Part shown: positions 1 to 11,912 of the stretch, one piece after another
How the letters are laid out: each line of letters opens with the position of its first letter
How positions within the stretch are numbered: the first letter of the stretch is position 1
Program-made: the position numbers and the translations under genes
The notes under the pieces: model-generated
What the model was told of the DNA's origin: nothing
Seen by the model: the letters and a program-made list of their open reading frames with translations, nothing else
The model's database searches: none
From: Chiloscyllium plagiosum
Taxonomy: Eukaryota
Length of the DNA: 64,000 nt
Assembly (NCBI RefSeq): GCF_004010195.1
Contig: NC_057719.1
Location: 80,823,436 to 80,887,435 of the forward strand
Direction of reading: 5' to 3'

Positions 1-330
1 TCTGCCCGTCAGTCTGTCCTTGCGATAGCACGTGTAGCCTTGAATATTCATTTCCCAGGCCCTGTCCACTTGAAGCCACGTCTCAGTTATCCCCACAATA
101 TCGTATCTGCCAATTTCCAAAAGAGCCTCAAGCTCATCCATCTTATGTCTAATGCTTCGTGCATTCATGTATAGTATTTTTAATTTGTTACTGCTCTCAC
201 CCTTCCCATCAATCCCTATTTCACACAACCTTACAGCATGATCCCTTTCCGAGTTTTCTGCCTCATTGATACAGTTGTCTTTCTTAACTTCTCTTGTTCT
301 AACTTTCCTTTCAATTTCCTTTTTAAACAT
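1..330 (-). mobile_element. CR1-clade LINE ORF2 N-terminus (APE endonuclease), open frame running off the left edge
   Basis: Manual translation from ATG at 330 gives 110 codons with no stop: ...KLKILYMNARSIRHKMDELEALLEIGRYDIVGITETWLQ...NIQGYTCYRKDR. It contains the NARS, DIVGITETW and YRKDR motifs of CR1 endonucleases. Absent from the ORF track because there is no stop in the window. Confidence 0.9.
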
Positions 331-499
331 CCAGACTAAAGGATAGGTCAGTAGAAATCCAGCAGTCAATGTTTTAGGGGATATTTGAGCATACAGAGAA
401 TAGATAAATTCCAGTAAGTTAAAAAAAATTCCAAAGGCTGGGCCCACTACTTGCAGTTTACAAGCAATACTAAAGGCAGTACCAATCTAAAAGAAACCA

Positions 500-1185
500 G
501 CATGCAATAGCGTATCACAGGGAACTGGTGCTGGGTCCCTTTTTGTTTGGGATACATTTAAATGTTGTAGATGAGAATGTGGGGGTTGTTGAGTAGGTGG
601 GGAGGGGTTGGGATAAATAAACTGTGGATTAAGCAAAATATTGGCTGGGTAGTTAAAAATATGAGGAAGGAGGTCTTAATTCACATTGGTCAGATGGGCA
701 GGTCAGTGGTAGATGGAACTTCACCCTGATAAGCATGAAATGATATACTTTGGAAAAAAAAGCAAGGTTAACAGGGTAGTTAAGGTGGCAAAGCTGGACA
801 TTTGCCTTTATTAATTATGGCTTAGATTTTAAGGTCAGAGGGGACATGTTGGAGCTATACACAGTTGGAGTAAGGTGTGCAGTTCTGGTCACTACACTAT
901 AGGAAAGGTGTGATTGCAATAGAGGGAATGAGATTCACCAGCATATTCCCTGGATGAAGCACTTTATTTATGAAGACACATTTAAACTTGGGTTGCTTTT
1001 TTTTGGATCAGAGAAGGTTGAAATGGTATCCTGGTCGAGATGTTTAAGATTATGAGGGGCATGGACAGGGTTAATAGAAAGCAGTTGTTCACCTTATTCG
1101 AAGGGTCAATGACTAGGGGGCATAATTTTAATATAAGAGGGGATTTGAGAAAAAAAAATGTTTTCCTGGGGGTCTGGAATGCAGT
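500..1185 (+). mobile_element. Decayed CR1 LINE, reverse transcriptase (RT) 3' region
   Basis: Degenerate equivalents of PQGSVLGP, WQMEF and the 'gtgcagttctggtc...aggaa' and 'aagattatgaggggcatggacagg' segments shared with the other CR1 copies. Confidence 0.75.
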
Positions 1186-1187
1186 TT

Positions 1188-1540
1188 GAGTCATAGAGTC
1201 ACAGATGTACAGCACCGAAACAGACCCTTTGGTCCATCTCATCCACGCTGACCAGATATCCCAACCCAATCTAGTCCCACCTGCCAGCACCAGGCCCATA
1301 TCCCTCCAAACCCTTCTTATTCATATATCCATCCAGCTGCCTTTTAAATGTTGTAGTTGTACCAGCCTCCATCACTTCCTCTGGCATCTCATTTCATTCA
1401 CTGACCACCCTCTGCATGAAAAAGTTGTCCTTTAGGTCTCTTTTATATCTTTCCCCTCTCACCCTAAACCTATGCCCTCTAGTTCTGGACTCCCTCACCC
1501 CAGGAAAAAGACTTTGTCTATTTATCCTATCCATGCCCCT
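1188..1540 (-). mobile_element. HER1/CR1 LINE 3' end
   Basis: Reverse complement of the 3' ends at 36830-37330 and 55833-56316, with the (TCTATGAC)n tail at 1188-1200. Confidence 0.9.
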
Positions 1541-1669
1541 TTGTTCACAAATTTCGAAATTAAGAATTCATACTCAAGAAAGTTTGTCTTGACCTCAATC
1601 TTCGTCAAATAGCAGGACAAGTTAAATTATATAAGGAACAACTTACAGAATCTAGCATCTATAGTATTT

Positions 1670-1853
1670 AAAACAAAGAAATGCTGGTGATCACAGCGAG
1701 TCAGGCAGCATCCATGGACAGGGAGCAAGCTAATGTCGAGAGTCAAGACGATTCTTCAGATGAGTCATCTCGACTCAAAACTTTAGCTTGTTCTCTCTCT
1801 TCACAGATGCTGCCTGAGCCATTGTGATTTCCAGCAATTTTTTTTGTTTTCAG
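1670..1853. mobile_element. PLE terminal-repeat fold-back with decayed hammerhead
   Basis: Inverted arms (aatgctgg..tcaggcagcatc / gatgctgcctga..ccagcaattt) centred near 1760, with a remnant GAGTC-atctc-GACTC-AAAAC stem. Confidence 0.65.
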
Positions 1854-2504
1854 TAAAGTTAAGGAACAGCAGGTAGCGGAACAATCTAAGGATAGCTGAT
1901 CAAGGATTTTATAGGAGCTCCCCAGACTAATGATGGAGTCTAAACATGGATCAAAATTAACTGAAATTAGTGACAGGAAACTATGATAATACCACATTGG
2001 CACAAACCTTTTCCACTGCTATCGACACTGAAGTGCACCATGGCGACAGGAGTTGGAAAGCCAGAAATGTGATAGTTAATGAACAGTTTACCCTGCATGA
2101 GCTAAATGATGAATCAAAAAACTGATGTAACTCAGAGTGAACTCAGCTCAGTGAGCAAATAGCCATGACAGATTCAATGATGTTAAATGCTGAGCTGATT
2201 CGGAAGAAGCAAGTCCTGACAGAATATTTGACTTCCTCATCTTCCCAGGGAGGATCCTTAGTCGGTGTGATAGAAATCATTGCCGAGCCCAGAAGCAATT
2301 CTCAAACAGAAGACTGAGGAAGCGGACATATTGCTTTCATCAATAATGCAATCACTGAGGGTGCATGAGGGAGTCCAGTCAGCATGGAGAATATCAATCA
2401 ACATGCCGAAGTAAAGGTTTACATGCTTCAGCACAAACCTACAGATGGATTGAAAGAAAGAATCTGCTGACAAAGGTTGAATATATGATGTGTCAAATTG
2501 CATA

Positions 2505-3392
2505 GCAAGTTCCATAGCAGAGGTTGAGAGCGTCAGGTTCCTACGAGTGATGATAATTGACAATCTGTCCTGGACTTCCCAAGTTGTTGAGATGGTGAAG
2601 GCAGCACAACAATGCCTATTCTTCTTCAGGCAGCTCAGGAAATTTGGCATGTCCATAAAGGACCCTCACCAACTTCTACAGATGCACCAGAGAAAGCTTA
2701 CTGTCTGGATGCATAACAGCTTGGTACAGCAAGTGCTTTGCCCAGGACTATAAGAAACTACATAAGGTTGTGTGCACAGCCTGGACCATCATGAAAGCCA
2801 ATCTCCCATCCAGGGCTCCGTTTATACATCTCATTGCCGCAGAAAGGCCGGAAGGCTTGTTTTCATATGTTTCGTCACCATACTAGGAAACATCATTACT
2901 TAGCCTCCGAATGAAACCTCATCCAGAGGCTGACTGATGACATTACCTAGTATGGTGACGCAACGTCTGAAAATGAACCTTCCAGCTCAGCGAGCAAACC
3001 TACATCTAGAACCTCAACCTGAGCTACAAATCTGCTCAAAACTCGCTAGCAGAAAGGCTGCCAACATCAAAGACCCATCCAACCTCAGTAATGCTCTCCT
3101 ACAACATCTTCCATCAGGCAAAAGATACAGAAGCTTGAACACACTGGCCATCAGTTTCAAGAACATCTTCCCAGCCGTTATTAGACAGATGAATGCATTC
3201 TCTAACTTCTAATAATGTTGATCTTGTCTCGCGCTCATCCTGTGCTGTGTAACCTGTATGCCTTACTCTGTCCAAGTTTTTTCATCCTATTATCCATTAT
3301 GTCATTGCTTACAATGATCTGCCTGCAAACAAAGCTTTTCACTGTACTCAAGTACACGTGACAATAAATCAAAATCAAATCAAATCAAAATC
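2505..3392 (+). mobile_element. Rex1/Babar-like LINE 3' part (RT C-terminus and 3' UTR), interrupted by a PLE piece
   Basis: Translation VESVRFL..DNLSWTSQV...VKAAQQCLFFFRQLRKFGMS / LTNFYRCTRESLLSGCITAWY is typical of Rex1 RT. It ends in ...cacgtgacaataaa plus (ATCAA)n. Confidence 0.8.
2849..3048. mobile_element. Poseidon-type PLE fold-back piece with degenerate hammerhead and 10-bp TSD
   Basis: GCAGAAAGGC at 2839-2848 and 3049-3058. Inverted tcaccatactagg / cctagtatggtga. CTGATGA...ggtgac-GCAACGTC (GAAA mutated). Homologous to 35290-35420. Confidence 0.75.
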
Positions 3393-3597
3393 AGCTTCCT
3401 CTGAAAGGGATGCCATGAAACCAAAGATGCTGCAAAGATACAATCACTTGCTTCAGTGGAGAAGAATCTTCCTTAAAGGAAATCCAAGAGTTTAAAAAAA
3501 TGAACTACATGTCTCAGACTGCCAAGGAAGAGAGTGTCAATGACTATGGTCTTCCAGCTATCCCTCCTCCAAGTCTAAAGAGACCATATTCCAAGGA

Positions 3598-3817
3598 TAA
3601 AATCACACAACACCAGGTTATAGTCCAACAGGTTTTAATTGGAAGCACTAGCATTCGGAGAGCTGCTCCTTCATCAGGTGGTTGTGATGAAGGATGAAGG
3701 AGCAGTCCTCCAAAAGCTAGTGTGCTTCCAATTAAAACCTGTTGGACTATAACCTGGTGTTGTGTGATTTTTAAACTTTGTACATCCCAGTCCAACACCG
3801 GCACCTCCAAATCACGA
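3598..3817. mobile_element. PLE fold-back (AGCU family) with ~44-bp tail and 13-bp TSD; both hammerheads mutated
   Basis: CATATTCCAAGGA at 3585-3597 and 3818-3830. Arms about 3598-3678 and 3693-3773. Same family as 59523-59912. Confidence 0.85.
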
Positions 3818-4211
3818 CATATTCCAAGGAAATAGTAAAACCACCATGTCACCTGAATTTGTGAAGTCAGAGACTTGGAAAGAGATGGGGTAATGTAATT
3901 ATATACACAAATGGTCTTATAATTGCAACAACCTATTTGTGCCCTCACATTATTCATTATATTCACTCACTTGCTTGCATTGAAGTGCCTATTGCTAATC
4001 ACTGATCTTTCTTGACATCTAGACTTTTCTAGCTTTTGTTCCCCCTGCCTTATATTCTTAAATAGGTTTCAGTCTTGTGTTTTCAATATTGTTGCATTCT
4101 CTTCTGCATCTATGGTCAGGATCCCATTTCCACGGCCAAACTTAATTTAGCCTCTTGCCAGTGCTTGCAAATCCTGTGTTTGGTCACAGGCCTGAGATGT
4201 GAGCCATCTCA

Positions 4212-4528
4212 GGCTCAGTGGTTAGCACTGCTGCCTCACAGCACCAGAGATCCGGGTTCAATTCCCGCCTCAGGCGACTGTCTGTGTGGAGTTTGCACAT
4301 TCTCCCCGTGTCTGCGTGGGTTTGCTCCGGGTCCTCCCACGGTCCAAAGATGTGCAGATCAGGTGAATTGGCCATGCTAAATTGCCCATAGTGCTAGGTG
4401 CATTAGTCAGTGGTAAATGCAGGGTGGGGGAATGAGTATGGGTGGGATACTCTTTGGAGCATCGGTATGGACTTGTTGGGCAGAAGGGCCTGTTTCCATA
4501 CTGTAGGAAATCTAACCTAATCTAATCC
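4212..4528 (+). mobile_element. HE1 SINE (tRNA-derived V-SINE)
   Basis: A box GGCTCAGTGG, B box GGTTCAATTCC, central V-type core, CR1-like tail and AATCT repeats. Confidence 0.9.
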
Positions 4529-4684
4529 AACTTAGTCTAACACCCACCTTCCCGATACAATATAACAATACCCAAGAAATCGAAAGCCCCTTTCTCCTTC
4601 ACCATCTGTCCAGCTACCCGTTAGCTGCACCATCTTCCTATTTCTGCACTGAGTGCTTTGAACCAGGAATAATCCATGGATTGG

Positions 4685-4800
4685 GAGCAAAGGACCACTG
4701 CAGATTGGAAATAAACCCGAGTGCAGGAGGAAGTTAGCAGCGCAGGCAGTATCTGTGGAGAGAGTTAGCTGAGAGTCCAATATGACTCTTCTTTCGAACG
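4685..4800 (-). mobile_element. Decayed PLE terminal-repeat piece
   Basis: Similar to 11811-11912 and 39690-39815. Ends at a GAGTC-atattg-GACTC stem remnant. Confidence 0.5.
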
Positions 4801-5879
4801 GTATTCCTCCAGAGGAACCCTCATCGTAACTATACGAGTTAGAGAACAGATTCACTCAGGGATGCCTTCACTACCTCCTAGAATGCTCACTTCTCTTGCT
4901 GCCTGTATATTGACATGCCGAGGTGTGATCTCCTCCAGAATGTGCTCTTCCTGGAGCTCTAAACCTTCGGGATGTGCTGCAGTGACACCAGCTGCTGCTC
5001 AAGCCCCTCCAGGTCACAACACTTGCTGCATATATGTGGCTGTGCAGCAAAGTTTCAGAGTTCAGATCTGGCCTGGGATATGTATCCCCCAGGACTGAGC
5101 TGTCCTGCCATGCCTGTATTTAAAAGACAGCAACTAAACTTAACAGGCTTACAGAGAATCAAGTCGACTTAAAACATATCAAATTTAATACTTAAATATT
5201 TTTAGACTTCAAACGAGGTTTCTTTGTTGAATCCTTTTGCACTAACTTAAAGAAAACAAATTCGACGGTCTTCTCAACAATCACCTACCTGCTGTCTCCT
5301 GACATGCCACCTTGATTTTTCTTTAGTGAACATAAGCTGCTTCTGTTTCCACTACTAAATTTTCACATTCATCTGTGAGCAGCTTTGATCATATCCTGAC
5401 ACAATTATGCACTGGTTTTGGCTTCTTAAAACAATGATGCGGCTATCTAGATGTCCCTGATGCTGTTTCGTGGTACTCCTCAATACAAAACCCTTGCTTT
5501 GTGGCATTATCCAACGAGATGCTCAATTCCCAGTCCAGCTTTCTGATTGAGCTCTGGAATATTCTGTGCCCGGTGACTGAGAGTGACTCGGTTAGCATGT
5601 CATTCAGCTGTCAAGATTCCTAACAGAATCATGGAAATCTATAGACAGAAGGTGTTCATTTGGGTCATTTCACTTGTGCTGCTGTTTAATGTTATCTCAT
5701 TGCGTACAATCACCACAGTCAGCATCACGTTGCTCATTCCTTACTTTAAAGATAATCTAATCTCCTCCAGTTGATTTTCAATGGAATTATCATCCCTCTG
5801 AATTTCCCACTGTCAGTGCGCTGTGGGCTACCATTTACCAGAGGCTTAACTAGACCAGCTTTCTAAATACCATGGCTAC

Positions 5880-6480
5880 AAGGTCAGGTGAGAAGCTGGA
5901 AATTCTCTAAGTACCCTGCTTTCTGTCTCTGTAGTACCTGCTCACCATCTATCAGCCACAAGTCATGAGTGCGATGGAAGACTCCCCACTTGCCTGGACG
6001 AGTGCAGTGTCAAGATTAAAGCGGTGCTGAAAAAGCACAGCAGGTCAGGCAGCATCCAAGGAGCAGGAAAATCGACATTTCAGGCAAAAGGCCTTCATCA
6101 GGAATCCCGAAACTTCGATTTTCCTGCTCCTCGGATGCTGCCTGACCTGCTGTGATTTTCCAGCACCACTCTGACCTTGACTCTAATCTCCAGCATCTGC
6201 AGTATCCACCTCCACCTGGATGAGTGGACTCCTGAAGCTCAAGGTCATTCAGCTACTTGATGAGCATGCTATCGGGCACCATAAACACTCATCCCCCATC
6301 ACTGGTACACAGTGGTAGCCGTGTATACCATCTACAAGATTGGCCTCAGCAACTCACCAAGGCTTCTGCAAAACACCTCTCAAAGCTGTAACCTCCACCA
6401 CCTGGGACAAAGGCAACAGGTACAAACAAACCCCACCACCTATAAAGGTTATTTCCAAGCCACGTATCACCCAATTGCAA
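5880..6480 (+). mobile_element. Old CR1/L2-group LINE 3' region (second family), interrupted by a PLE
   Basis: LTIYQPQVMSAMEDSPLAW resembles the LYKxxVRxxLEYxxxxW motif. Related pieces lie near 16000-16230, 47745-48020 and 52730-53075. Confidence 0.6.
6005..6214. mobile_element. PLE fold-back (GCAGCATCC family) with imperfect 12-bp TSD
   Basis: CCTGGA(C/T)GAGTG at 5993-6004 and 6215-6226. Arms are inverted around ...catcaggaat|cccgaaac near 6105. Confidence 0.85.
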
Positions 6481-7482
6481 ACTATTGTCGTCGAGATCGA
6501 CAGCACAGAAAAATGTTCCATAGCCCAGGTGTCAGGGTGGGTTGCTCTTTGGAGGGTCAGTATGGACTCAATAGGCCAAATGGCCTAATTCCTCACTGCA
6601 GGGGTTCTATGCTGTAAGGAACCAATTCAGAGTAGTCTTTAGACACAAACTTGGACTCGAGTGCTACAATACAGTGACTACCACCTCCAGTCTTCTGATG
6701 ATGTTGAAGCACTTGTTTCATCTGCACAATGAGCTTAAAAGGAAAATTAAGAATCACAGTTATCATTGTTCAAAATAATACAGAGTCAATTATAACTTCT
6801 CCAGTCTCTCCACGTGGCTATCATCAACTCAGATATCATTGTGGTTAAGCTCCTCTGTGCCCTGTTGATCATCCCCCTTCCTCCCCCTTAAGAATTACCA
6901 TCCTGTTTTCCCTCTTCCAAATCGTCCAAAAAAAAGTGCCTCCTTCAAGTGACGGCAGTGAAGATTTCGGAGTTGATCATAACCATTGGTGCCTGTCTGT
7001 ATAGTACAGATTAGGCCCTGCATGAAAATTATTAATGTGATCACAACCTATTGATCTGAAACAAGAACACACCAAGTAAAAGGAGCTACTCAAATGCCAC
7101 CAGCCAGAAGTGAAAACATTCACCATAGTAGGGACTGATTGACAGTCAGTGTGACTCTCTCACTTTACATGGAGTGTGGAACTCTTCCAAACATTTCAAT
7201 GCTGCACAGAGACGTATAAAGAATCACTATCAGGACACAGCTACATTCCAGTACTGAACGGATTTGCATCACATTCTCATACTTACTGATTATTTGCTGA
7301 TCGCATTAGGATATTAGCAAATATTACTGTAATATTTAACAATCACACAACACAATTTATATGTAAATCAGATGCAATCAACTTCCTGATTTACAGAAAT
7401 CTTTATCAAGTTCCAGTATGTTCCTTGTCCTGGGTGACTGCTAAAGCCCAGTAAACGTACAATTCAGGACCAAACAGGACAC

Positions 7483-7829
7483 GATTAGATTAGATTACAT
7501 TAGATTAGATTAGATTACATTACATTACATTACAGTGTGGAAACAGGCCCTTCGGCCCAACAAGTCCACACCGACCTGCCGAAGCGCAACCCACCCATAC
7601 CCCTACATTTACCCCTATACCTAACACTATGGGTAATTTAGCATGGCCAATTCACCTGACCTGCACATCTTTGTGACTGTGGGAGGAAACCGGAGCACCC
7701 GGAGGAAACCCACGCAGACACGGGGAGAACATGCAAACTCCACACAGTCAGTCGCCTGAGTCGGGAATTGAACCCGGGTCTCAGGCGCTGTGAGGCAGCA
7801 GTGCTAACCACTGTGCCACCGTGCCACCC
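7483..7829 (-). mobile_element. HE1 SINE, full length and young, with expanded (GATTA/CATTA)n tail
   Basis: Near-identical to 42657-42980 and 54342-54663. Confidence 0.95.
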
Positions 7830-9147
7830 ACTAAGACTTTACCAGTCATAGGGTCTGCTCTCATTCAAGAACATGTGGTAGTCTTTAGTTACTAAGGGGT
7901 TTTTTTTGTGTCTTTTTTATTATCCCACCATTCTCATTCCACTATTGCTCAATTAACCAGCTCCACATCACCCTTCTTTTTGTCCCTCACCCTCTCTGTT
8001 CCTCCTTTCTCTCCTCTTCCTAGTCCCCAGTCTCACTCTGTTCCTTCCTCTCTACCCCATCTCCCCTTTCTCACTGTTTCACTTCGCCTGCTCTGTCAGC
8101 TCTTCCCTTCATGCATCTGGGGGCCACTGCCAGCATTGACCACTTTATTCAACCAGGATACCTGCAGAGGTGCGACTAGCTCATGTCCCTCACAGGGAGG
8201 CTGGACAGGACAACATTGTTGTCAACCTTGGAGACTCTCCTCTTTGGATGTCAAGTCTTGACCCAAAACTGGACCCAGACCAAAACCTAGTCCTATTTCT
8301 CAACGTAATTCCAAATGTTAATGCTACAGGTAGACTCCAATGTGACCTTCACGAATTCAGAGGGAAACACTGCACAGGTTTTATTTAATTAAGTATTGTA
8401 ATGGCAAGACAATTTTTAATCTGAGTTGAATGCCTTATTATAATGTAATTCAAACAGCCTCCGCCTTTCACTCCCAGTTGATGAAGAACATTTTAAATAG
8501 GATCGGACCATTGAAAGTTAATGTTCGTAGTGACATTCTAACTGAAATCCCAACATCCATCTCTTTTTGAAATGAGCTCCTGCTGACAGCCAGCAGCTAC
8601 ACAGAATGTGTAATCAAACATTTAATAGGGCCCTGCATTTTGCGTGCTTCAGATAACAGAAACACTAAATGCATTTACTTAATAGCAAGTTTAATGCAGC
8701 CTGACAGACTCAGTGACTGAAACGGAGTTTCCTCCAGCTTGCAATAAAGAACATAGCAAATCCCATTCAATTCTCACTAAATTTGACTTGATTTTAAACG
8801 AGTCACTGTAACCAATGTAATGCCTTGTGCATCCCCAATTTCCTTCCTTCCCCTTCCTAGCGACCATACTTTCAGGTGTTTGTGTCCCAAGCTCTCGTTC
8901 TCTCCTACTCTGGCTTGGTTTTCAGCATAACATCATGACTCTGCTTTGATTGCCTGTCCTGATATTTCCTTATGGGGCTCAGTATCAATTTTGTTTGCTG
9001 ATTATGGTCCTGTAAAATGTCTCGCTATATTTTTTTAAAACAACAGCGAAGGTACCACATAGATGTAGTTCACTGTTGTTGCTCTAAGAAGCATGGGCTT
9101 ACACAGAATCGCTGCCACTATTCCAGTGGTGGCCATAAAATTCCCAT

Positions 9148-9441
9148 TTAGAATCCCGACATTGGGGAACGCAGGCCCATTTGGCCCATGGAGTCCACAC
9201 CTACCCTCTGAAGAGCATCCCATTCAGACCCAGACCCCTTCCCTGCACCTAGTCTGCACATCCCTGAACACTATAGGCAATTTAGCATAGCCAATCCTAC
9301 TAACCTGCACATCTTTGGATTGTAGGAGGAAACCATGCAGACACAGGGAGAATATGCAAACTACACACAGACAGCCACCCGAGGCTGGAATGGAACCCGG
9401 GTCCCTGGTGCAGTGAGGCAGCAGTGCTAACCACTGAGCCA
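9148..9441 (-). mobile_element. HE1 SINE (older)
   Basis: Reverse-complement homology to the other HE1 copies, including the A and B boxes. Confidence 0.85.
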
Positions 9442-9679
9442 TTTCAGTCAGCAAAACATTTCTGGTTCATCCAGGCTTCTTGACTCTTAAATGTCCTCTG
9501 AAATGACCTAGCAAGTTACTCAACTTACATTAATAAGACACAACCAACACACAGTCATGAATACCTGGGGAACTTGTGTCAAAACTGGGGAAAGCTGTGC
9601 CATTGATGAGTTAAACATGGCCTGACAGTTTGCTCACAGAATCACACATTGCAGCCAATGTCCTAGACACCTCCATCAC

Positions 9680-9877
9680 TCCCAGATCCGCCACTAAAAA
9701 GGACAGAGCCTCCCTAGTCCTCGCCTTCACCCCCACCAACCTCTGCATAAATCGCATCATCCGCCGACGTTTCTGCCACTCCAAATGGACCTCACCACCA
9801 GGGATGTATTTCCCTTCCCACCCCTATCCACAAAGACCGTTCCCTCCACAACTACCTGGTCAGGTCCACGCACCCCA
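9680..9877 (+). mobile_element. PLE (Neptune-like) ORF remnant, RT thumb/linker region
   Basis: Across frameshifts it reads KDRASLVLAF-PTNLCINRIIRRRFCH..TTRDVFPFPPLS..KDRSLHNYLVRS, matching the PLE 'PLVLT.HP...IFP.PP...R..L...LVRS' pattern. Confidence 0.75.
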
Positions 9878-9879
9878 AA

Positions 9880-11467
9880 GATCAGCAAGGCGGCCTTTGT
9901 GTGGAGCCACAGAAAATGGGGGAAGATACTAAATGAATATTTTGCATCAGTATTTACTGTGGAAAAGGATATGGAAGACATAGACTGTAGGGAAATAGAT
10001 GGTGACATCTTGCAAAATGTCCAGATTACAGAGGAGGAAGTGCTGGATGTCTTGAAACGGTTAAAGGTGGATAAATCCCCAGGACCTGATCAGGTGTACC
10101 CGAGAACTCTGTGGGAAAATAGAGAAGTGATTGCTAGGCCTCTTGCTGAGATATTTGTATCATCGATAGTCACAGGTGAGGTGCTGGAAGACTGGAAGTT
10201 GGCAAACGTGGTGCCACTCTTTAGAAGGGCAGTAAAGACAAGCCAGGGAACTATAGACCAGTGAGCCTGACCTCAGTGGTGGGCAAGTTGTTGGAGAGAA
10301 TCCTGAGGGACAGGATGTATTTGGAAAGGCAAGGACTGATTAGGAATAGTCAACATGGCTTTTTGCATGGGAAATCATGTCTCACAAACTTGATTGAGTT
10401 TTTGAAGAAGTAACAAAGAGGATTGATGAGGGCAGAGCAGTAGACGTGATCTATATGGACTTCAGTAAGGCGTTCGACAAGGTTCCCCATGGGAGACTGA
10501 TTAGCAATGTTAGATCTCATGGAATACAGGGAGAACTAGCCATTTGGATACAGAACTGGCTCAAAAATAGAAAACAGAGGGTGGCAGTGGAGGGTTGTTT
10601 TTCAGTCTGGAGGACTGTGACCAGTGGAGTGCCACAAGGATCGGTGCTGGGTCCTCTACTTTTTGTCATTTACATAAATGATTTGGATGTGAGCATAAGA
10701 CGTACAGTTAGTAAGTTTGCAGATGACACCAAAATTAGAGGTGTAGTGGACAGCGAAGAGGATTACCTCAGATTACAACAGGATTTGACCAGATGGGCCA
10801 ATGGGCTGAAAAGTGGCAGATGGAGTTTAATTCAGATAAATGCGAGGTGCTGCATTTTGGGAAAGCAAATCTTAGCAGGACNNNNNNNNNNNNNNNNNNN
10901 NNNNNNNNNNNNNNNNNNNNNNNNNNNNNNNNNNNNNNNNNNNNNNNNNNNNNNNNNNNNNNNNNNNNNNNNNNNNNNNNNNNNNNNNNNNNNNNNNNNN
11001 NNNNNNNNNNNNNNNNNNNNNNNNNNNNNNNNNNNNNNNNNNNNNNNNNNNNNNNNNNNNNNNNNNNNNNNNNNNNNNNNNNNNNNNNNNNNNNNNNNNN
11101 NNNNNNNNNNNNNNNNNNNNNNNNNNNNNNNNNNNNNNNNNNNNNNNNNNNNNNNNNNNNNNNNNNNNNNNNNNNNNNNNNNNNNNNNNNNNNNNNNNNN
11201 NNNNNNNNNNNNNNNNNNNNNNNNNNNNNNNNNNNNNNNNNNNNNNNNNNNNNNNTGTATGGAATGAGCTGCCAGAGGATGTGGTGGAGGCTGGTACAAT
11301 TGTAACATTAAAGAGGCATTTGGATGGGTATATGAATAGGAAGGGTTTGGAGGGATATGGGCCGGGTGCTGGCAGGTGGGACTATATTGGTTTGGGATAT
11401 CTGGTCAGTATGGACGGGTTGGACTGAAGGGTCTGTTTCCATGCTGTACATCTCTATGACTCTATGA
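9880..11467 (+). mobile_element. HER1/CR1 LINE, 5'-truncated RT pseudogene spanning an assembly gap
   Basis: LNEYFASVFT, KSPGPD, YMDFSKAFDKVPH, GVPQGSVLGP and KFADDTK motifs with frameshifts. 3' tail tctatgactctatgac. Confidence 0.95.
10882..11255. other. Assembly gap (374 N)
   Basis: Run of N. Confidence 1.
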
Positions 11468-11669
11468 CACTACCTTTTTGAGAGCAATTAAGAATGCACA
11501 GCTAATGCTCGCCAGCAATGCCCAGACATCAAATAAAATAAGTCCAGGACTTACAAACACTAAAGGAATATGCCCCATCATCGGGACTCCTGATAGCGAA
11601 TCTCGTTATCAGAGCTCCAGATAGACAAAACTGTTCACCCATCCATTTACCTAACCCACTCTCAATTAC

Positions 11670-11912
11670 TCAATCCCTTTTGTCCCTCTTTCTCCCCATT
11701 TTCCCATCTTTCTCACACTCAAATCCTCCTCCATTGCTCACATGACCCCTTGTCCTCCATTTTCCCCACCCTCCCTCTCTTGCTCTGTACCCACCTCATT
11801 CTTACTCTTCAGTTCTGAGGAAGGGTCACTCGACCCGAAACGTCAACTCTGATTTCACTCCACCGATGCTGCCAGACCTGCTGAGCTTTACCAGCAATTT
11901 GTCTTCATTTCA
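11670..11912 (+). mobile_element. PLE 3' terminal-repeat piece
   Basis: Pyrimidine-rich stretch, then a hammerhead, then 'gatgctgccagacctgctgagc' shared with 24315-24420 and 33066-33190. Confidence 0.75.
11811..11848 (+). ncRNA. Minimal type I hammerhead ribozyme, intact
   Basis: AGTT | CTGAGGA | A | GGGTC-actc-GACCC | GAAA | CGTC | AACT. Stem I is 4 bp, stem II is 5 bp, palindrome ACGT, predicted cut after C11844. Confidence 0.8.

Noticed and set aside
3646..3723. Hammerheads of the 3598-3817 element as active ribozymes
   Set aside because: Both cores are mutated (GAAA to GAAT; loss of CT plus GAAA to AAAA). The motifs at about 1760, 2934, 21860, 31203 and 46489 are likewise damaged.
10446..11308. 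Long ORFs of 273, 170 and 158 aa
   Set aside because: Their length comes from the N gap; the real part is a frameshifted CR1 RT.
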